Source: Petromyzon marinus
Lineage: Eukaryota
Direction of reading: 5' to 3'
Assembly: GCF_048934315.1 (NCBI RefSeq)
Contig: NC_133715.1
Location: 11,009,698-11,073,697 of the forward strand
Length of the DNA: 64,000 nucleotides
The translations under genes were made by a program, and so were the position numbers. Positions within the stretch are counted from its first letter, which is position 1; each line of letters begins with the position of its first letter. The notes under the pieces are model-generated. The model had not been told where the DNA came from, did no database searches, and saw only the letters and a list, made by a program, of their open reading frames with translations. Of the stretch, positions 58,291 through 64,000 are shown one piece after another.

Positions 58291-61200
58291 CGGACAGGCA
58301 GGAGAAGGACACTGAGGCGTGACGTCCCCAGGCGCTCTGTGCTGCTGTGTAACTGGTGAATAGGTTCGAGCCAAGTCTTGCAATGATTCGTTACGTAAAG
58401 AAGAAAAAAAAACCTCACCCCACCAGGAGTTGGCAATATTATTCACTCGTCATTATGGAACAAGCAGGGGCTTGGGAGCGGAAAATAAGTTAATTAAAGC
58501 CGATATTCCCAAATGTCATCGCAGAGACAAAATGTAACGTAACTCCATGCTGTTCTTTCACAATGCCGTGTGTGTTGACTTGTGTCATCTCTTGTGTATT
58601 TGTGAGCATGATTCTATTCACACAGATAAGGCAGTGCTGCTGTGATTAGCATGCGGAATGATGTTTTGGACAAACTGAGTTCCATCCCTGGCCTTGAACA
58701 CCACACCAGTGACCAATGATGGCCCAACCCGGCCTGGGCCCTCTCGCCTCGTGTGTGTGGCGTGCTCATTGCTAACGTTCAGGAGACACATTCGGTGAGG
58801 CACACGTGGTGCTGCTCACACCAGGCCCCAATGTCCTCGATAGGTCCTCGTTCATGGCTGTCCAACTAAAACAGAAAATCTTTGTTTATTTTTAAGCAAG
58901 TTGTACACATGACCATATTATACATTTTAAATCGTCTAGATTGAAAACTCACTTCTTTAGGATTGATTTTTGTGCTTAGTTTGTTGTCCTTCCACGCACC
59001 TCCAATTAGCACGGCTGCCTACGTACGGTGCGAAAGACGTTCAACGTACATACAACGTACACGTACACTGTAAGAAGTGAAACATTTATACGATGAAAGT
59101 GGCACTGCACGATGCCTCTGCAGTGGAAAACGCTGGCCGGAGGTGAGAAAAAGATGTTTAAAGTTGCTCTCCACTTTTCGTGGCTCAAGGGGCTCCACAT
59201 TTTTGGCATGAAAAAAATGTACAGCTTGAATTCAGTGGCAAAATTTTTACGTATAAATGCGATTAACAAAAAGTTAATTCACCTCATCTTTATCTAGTTG
59301 GCAACTCTCTTTTCTCATCTCACTCCACCTCAATCTTTTGTCTACATCGCTCTCATTCTGTCTCATCTGTTTCTCTCCTCCTGTCTCATCACCGCCTCTA
59401 TCTTTACCCACATTTCTCTCAGCTCGCTACATCTTTGTCTCTTGTCCATATTTCTTCTTCCATCTCACTCGGAGATTCTAAATTGAAGAAAGGGAGATCC
59501 TCAAAAATAGTTTTGCTTTTAGGGCTCAGTGAGGGTCGGCTCAGGATTGGGAGCAATTGCTTCTCAACAGCGAAATTGGAAAAACTCCCAGAGACGCAAA
59601 CCCTTTCACCACCACTGCACACATGAACACAACTCGCATTCGGGTGCTTGACGATCTGGTTTGCCACTAATGGACCACTAGGATGGGATGCTGCCCTCGC
59701 GTCACGGGGCGCACACAGAAGGATGCCGATTTGATTTACTCTCCCGGCACGGCAGTTCAAGCAAAGACCACGCTCCTTTAATTATCCCACCTCTGTCCAC
59801 CCCGCAGTTACAACGGGTACAAGGCAGGTAGTCTATCGGCAAGTCACGTGTGGTGGGGTAAAGTGTGGGTACAATCTCCTCTTCCAAGATGTCTGGCCAG
59901 CATGGATGAGTAAGTTGAAATGCCTTCTAGAGAAGCTCTCTAGAGCTCCCTCTAGTTGGGGGCCCTTCTGCCAGCAGTGGCGTGAGCAAGACATTACAGG
60001 GCTGTGCCTTTACCTCTTAATAGTGGCAGATAATGCGGCAATGAATGTGGATTCCCTTAAGCTTTGAGAGGGTATTATATGGCCTCTGCTTCTTTCCCTG
60101 ATCAATATTCATTGACTGATGAATACAGATGTTGGTATTTAATGTTTTAAACTCTAATCTTGGGTTGCTGTAATACAGTGCAAGAGAGCCGGTGAATAAT
60201 TCATCCTTGATTTATGGCACAGAGCTAAATCGGCCAACACAAAAGAGCGGGGAAGAGTGGTGAGTCGGGGATGACTCTGCTTTTGGAAACTCGTTGCTTT
60301 GCCCAAGAATTAATTCAGAGTCTGAGAAATGTCCACACAAAAACAGCCGTGCATTTTTCATTCACCCCATAACGCCACGCTCTCGTTTAATGAGCACCTG
60401 AGCAGCAACTGCGAGGTACAAAAACCTGGGACATATAATGGAAAGAAGGATGTCTCACACTACCAGAAGACGGGGGTACTACATGTAACTGAATTGTCTC
60501 GAGTGGTGTGTTCGTACACAACTGATTAAAACACAAGCATTTAATACCCCAGGAAGATTTACAGATTTCCCAGGACAGCAACCAAACACAGAGGACAATA
60601 TTATCCCGCACCTCCAATTAGCACGGTTGGCTACGAATGGTGCAAAAGACATTCAATATACAGATGTAATGACAGGGGAGTCAGCCTACGGTGTGAGTGG
60701 ACTAGTGGCCACGGGAGGTAATGACAGGGGAGTCAGCCTGCAATGCGAATGGACTGGTGGCTACGGGAATGATCGAGAATAGGAGCATGGCCAGGTGACG
60801 TAAGACGACGGTAGAGTCAGCTGGTAGAACGAGTGGTCTAGAACCAGCGAGAAGGTTCGAGAATGGGGGCGTGGCCACGGACCGTATATAAAGGAGATGC
60901 GCGAGTGACTCGGGACTGTTGCAGTGGGGGTTTCCGCCTGTCCGAGTGTGAGCACGTGGCTCCTGAATAAAGAAAACATTCCCAGGACAAGTGCGTCAAA
61001 GTCGTCTTTCCACATACATAAAATATTTATGGGAACTTTTTGCCAGTATAAAAAATGATGAAAAAATAAGAATGGACTTTACCTTTTCTGCAATAAAACA
61101 GGAGGTGTTAAGATGTTCAAATACCACATAGATACACCTATAGCAATTCCTTAAGTCTGCATTAGCCAAACATACTTGCAAAAAACAAACATACTCTGCT

Positions 61201-61685
61201 TAGTTACTGAGATGTTGAAGAGATCGGCCACATTCGGGGTGATTTGGCCATAATCACATGTGTACTACTGTACCTAACAATACACACATATAAACATGAA
61301 TTCTGGTCCACTCAGCGTGTGTACATTTTCCAATGTGCTTTTAAATGTCATGTAAAAACATTTTGTAGACGAGTTTTTAAAACTATTTACCTCTTCTTAA
61401 AGTAGTCCCCCCCCCTCCCCGTTTGTTTTAGCTTGACCTACAGAACGGAGCACTTTCTGCCCATACTTTGAGAATAGCTCCACTGTGGTTATGAGTTGTC
61501 AAATAGAATGCGTTCAGTACGCATTATATTTTACACTGGATCTGGTTCAATTCAAACTCGGTCATCGAAGGAATAACTTGAAACCCATTAAAGTGTGATT
61601 GTTTAGCCACAGAACATTTGGCTATTAGAATTATAATAATAATGATGATATGTGAGAGAATATGCATAGAGATGCTATTGAGAGG

Positions 61686-61950
61686 GTGCCGCGGTGGTGA
61701 GATGTGAACTGCCTCGCCTGGTATACAGGAGGGCGTGAATTCGATCCCAACCCTGACGCCTGTATATTTAGAGTTTGTATGTTCTCCCTGTGGCCATGTG
61801 TATTTTTCTTCACATTTAGAAACACGCGTTTAGAGTATTTGGCTGCTAGAAATTTCCACACGATACGCCATTTTGTGAGTTATTATTTGTGACCGGGTCA
61901 CTTATAAAAAAAGAGCTATGTGGCTCAGTGGACCTTACCTCGTAAAATAT
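61686..61950 (+). mobile_element. SINE-A full-length copy
   Basis: gtgccgcggtggtgagatgtgaactgcctcgcctggtatacaggagggcgtgaattcgatcccaaccctgacgcc...gagtttgtatgttctccctgtggccatgtgtatttttcttcacatttagaaacacgcg...gtgaccgggtcacttataaaaaaagagctatgtggctcagtggaccttacctcgtaaaata. Confidence 0.7.
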
Positions 61951-62104
61951 ACATATTTTCATGTTTAGTTTATAGCTAATACTGCTGCTCATTTTCTGGG
62001 GATGAGTGGGATTGGATAATGATGGTAATGATGATTAATTGATATATTGGATCACGATGATATACAGATTACATCACCATCACTAAATGATGATGCAATG
62101 ATGA

Positions 62105-62215
62105 GATGTTTAGTTCTACTTTTTGGGTCTTTCGGTAAAGTCACGTAGATATAAAAATAATAGATCACGACGTTTCGATCGCAACACAGGCAACCGTCTT
62201 CAGGTGAGAGAGTTC
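62105..62215 (-). repeat. PLE terminal-repeat family 1 copy (single arm)
   Basis: ctttttgggtctttcggtaaagtcacgtagatataaaaataatagatcacgacgtttcgatcgcaacacaggcaaccgtcttcaggtgag. Confidence 0.7.
62163..62212 (-). ncRNA. Minimal hammerhead ribozyme core
   Basis: Minus strand reads cacCUGAAGA-CGGUUGCcuguguuGCGAUCG-GAAAC-GUCgugau. Stem II is fully paired including G:U wobbles. Confidence 0.55.
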
Positions 62216-63179
62216 TAGTTTCCATGCTGTCATGATTAGCATACTGGACTTGCAATCGAAAGGTCACTGATTCGATCTTCCGGTGCGGCAGCTGAAACAA
62301 TGGCCATGGTTCTCTTGAATCCTCCTCCACCTCTGTCCATCCCCCACCATACGCAGGTCACGTATGGTGGGGTAAAGTGTAGGTGCTGTACTCCCACCTC
62401 CTCCGAGACACCTGGCCAATAGCGTTGCCACGTGTCCTGGCTTTCCCAGGATCGTCCTATTTTCGAGGTAGCTGTCCTAGGGTATTTGTAAGTTTTTTCT
62501 GGGGCTTTAACATTTTCGGTTGTTGCCAGTTGCATTATAATAAAGCACTCAAGGCAGAGGACTGACATGTAGTTCTCCCCTCGTCCAGTATTGTGAGATA
62601 TTCTTTGACGCATATGTCCCAGTTTTTGTACCTTAGAGGTGAAAGCCCTATTGGACAGGATGGAAGAGTAGGCCAAATACCCATCTATAAGGGGCCCTCT
62701 AGAGCTCATCTAATGCAGGTTATTTTGCCAGCAGTGACGTGAAGTAGATATTTCAGGGCTGCGCCTTTACCTTTTTGTTACCTCTGCTGTTTGTTAAACC
62801 CTGCGTACTCTCGACGTGAAGGTCTCTACCCAGTTTCCTCTTGGTCTACGATGGACAGTTATTTATAGAGGCTGTCAGGAGATGATCTATTATGTTTCTT
62901 AGCCTTACGTACACAACTGGAAGTTAAAGTCATCTGTTTTGAATGCTTCCTATAATGTGTCGCAGAATGTTCGAGCATCATGAAATGAATGGACACGGCT
63001 GTCCGTAAAATTGAAATATTTAATCAATGATGGCCCCTAAGTGGTACGGACAATTTAATAGAGCAGAGACCTTCAATCAGAAAATGAGAATTGGCTGCTG
63101 TTAATGTGCATTCACCATCGCCGTGCAATGTCGGAAATTATTGACCCAAATCACTCGATAACTGAGCTAATATTTATAT

Positions 63180-63345
63180 TATATTCTTTTGGTCTTTCGG
63201 TAAAGCCACGTAGATAGAAAAAAAAATATCACGGCGTTTCGATCGCAACACAAGCAATCGTCATCAGATTAAAAAATAGCGGGGTGGAAACGCTCCCCGT
63301 AGATGCGGTTAAATCTTGACTAAAAGCTTTCGTGACTGCAGGAAT
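63180..63345 (-). repeat. PLE terminal-repeat family 1: one arm followed by the start of a second copy in tandem
   Basis: ttggtctttcggtaaagccacgtagatag...atcacggcgtttcgatcgcaacacaagcaatcgtcatcag, then ...aaatcttgactaaaagctttcgtgactgcaggaattcatatta (start of the next unit). Confidence 0.65.
63228..63275 (-). ncRNA. Hammerhead-like core with a GUC->GCC cleavage-site variant (probably impaired)
   Basis: Minus strand reads aauCUGAUGA-CGAUUGCuuguguuGCGAUCG-GAAAC-GCCgugau. U16.1 is replaced by C. Confidence 0.35.
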
Positions 63346-64000
63346 TCATATTATTTTATATTATACTTGGGCGTTCACGACCAATACGATGTTATTGTTT
63401 ACAATTGTCAACATTTTGCTTGCTTTTGAACATTCCAGTCTGCTGAAAACCGAGTGGCGTATTTGCCCACGTGGCAACTTGATTTGCTTGGCTCTGTTGG
63501 GTGGTGCTGGTTAAAGTAAAATAAACATTATACATTAAGTACACTCTAACCCAAAATCAATAAAATTATACATTAACTACGCTCTAACCCAAAATCAATA
63601 AAATTATACATTAACTACGCTCTAAAATTGGTTGAAACTTTGCACTGAGAAGAAAATCATGCACGCCTGTCGGAATGTATCTGGAAAGAGCATCAGCATC
63701 ATCGGTTGTGGATTCATGGTCAATCGACTGCTGGATGAAGGGCTCACCAAGCTTCCATTCTCTCTCACAATCCTGTGATGGAACAATCCGCCTAGCTCGT
63801 GAAAGGGAAGAGCTACTTTACCTAGATGTCCGTGCGTCTACAATACAACTTTCAGCTTAACATGCAGGCTTTCGCGACCAATATCATCCATAATAGAGGT
63901 TTTTGGGTTAGATCGCGTAAATATATAAATGTTGTGTCGTTAAACCCACCACCACCCGACACAGCCAACAAGTAACGGTTGTCATGTAAACAGAACGTGC

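Noticed and set aside
1-64000. Possibility of a novel prokaryotic multi-gene system (defence island, operon, integron, CRISPR-Cas)
   Set aside because: No compact co-oriented gene array, no Shine-Dalgarno/operon structure, and no genuine long non-repeat ORFs. The content is entirely eukaryotic TEs (PLEs, LINEs, poly-A SINEs) and satellites.

Overview
This window is eukaryotic (metazoan) repeat-rich DNA, not a prokaryotic locus. I found no operon-like gene array and no sign of a bacterial defence or other novel multi-gene system. Nearly every long ORF in the six-frame track is a translation of tandem repeats, GC-rich low-complexity DNA, or degraded retroelement ORFs.

What I can support from the sequence:
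- Two copies of a Penelope-like retroelement (PLE). One is an RT plus GIY-YIG copy with frameshifts at ~10995-14033 (+). The other is a GIY-YIG remnant at 2377-3353 (-). Both are bounded by about 150-200 bp terminal repeats.
- More than 15 further solo copies or hairpin dimers of that PLE terminal repeat (family 1). A second terminal-repeat family is also present.
- Many of these repeats carry an intact minimal type-I hammerhead ribozyme core: CUGA[A/U]GA, a stem-II hairpin, then GAAAC-GUC, with a self-complementary ACGU helix-III loop.
- A 5'-truncated non-LTR (LINE) reverse-transcriptase ORF at 24685-26607, and a CR1/L2-like LINE 3' fragment at 33353-33976.
- At least four SINE-like families. 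One carries a Deu-domain-like core. One has a tRNA-like head and is repeatedly associated with satellite arrays.
- Large satellites: about 5.3 kb with a ~30-bp unit, 1.15 kb of (GTGTGTGCT)n-like microsatellite, a very homogeneous 26-bp array, a 42-bp CT-rich array, and a ~40-bp array.
- A GC-rich island with a 23-bp minisatellite, and G4-prone G-runs.

The only plausible host-gene signals are weak. One is a 367-aa charged, coiled-coil-like ORF at 14337-15440 (-). The other is a TATA box followed by an oligopyrimidine tract near 16876-16960. The most interesting biology here is the dense population of hammerhead-ribozyme-bearing palindromic PLE terminal repeats and the SINE-tail-nucleated satellites.
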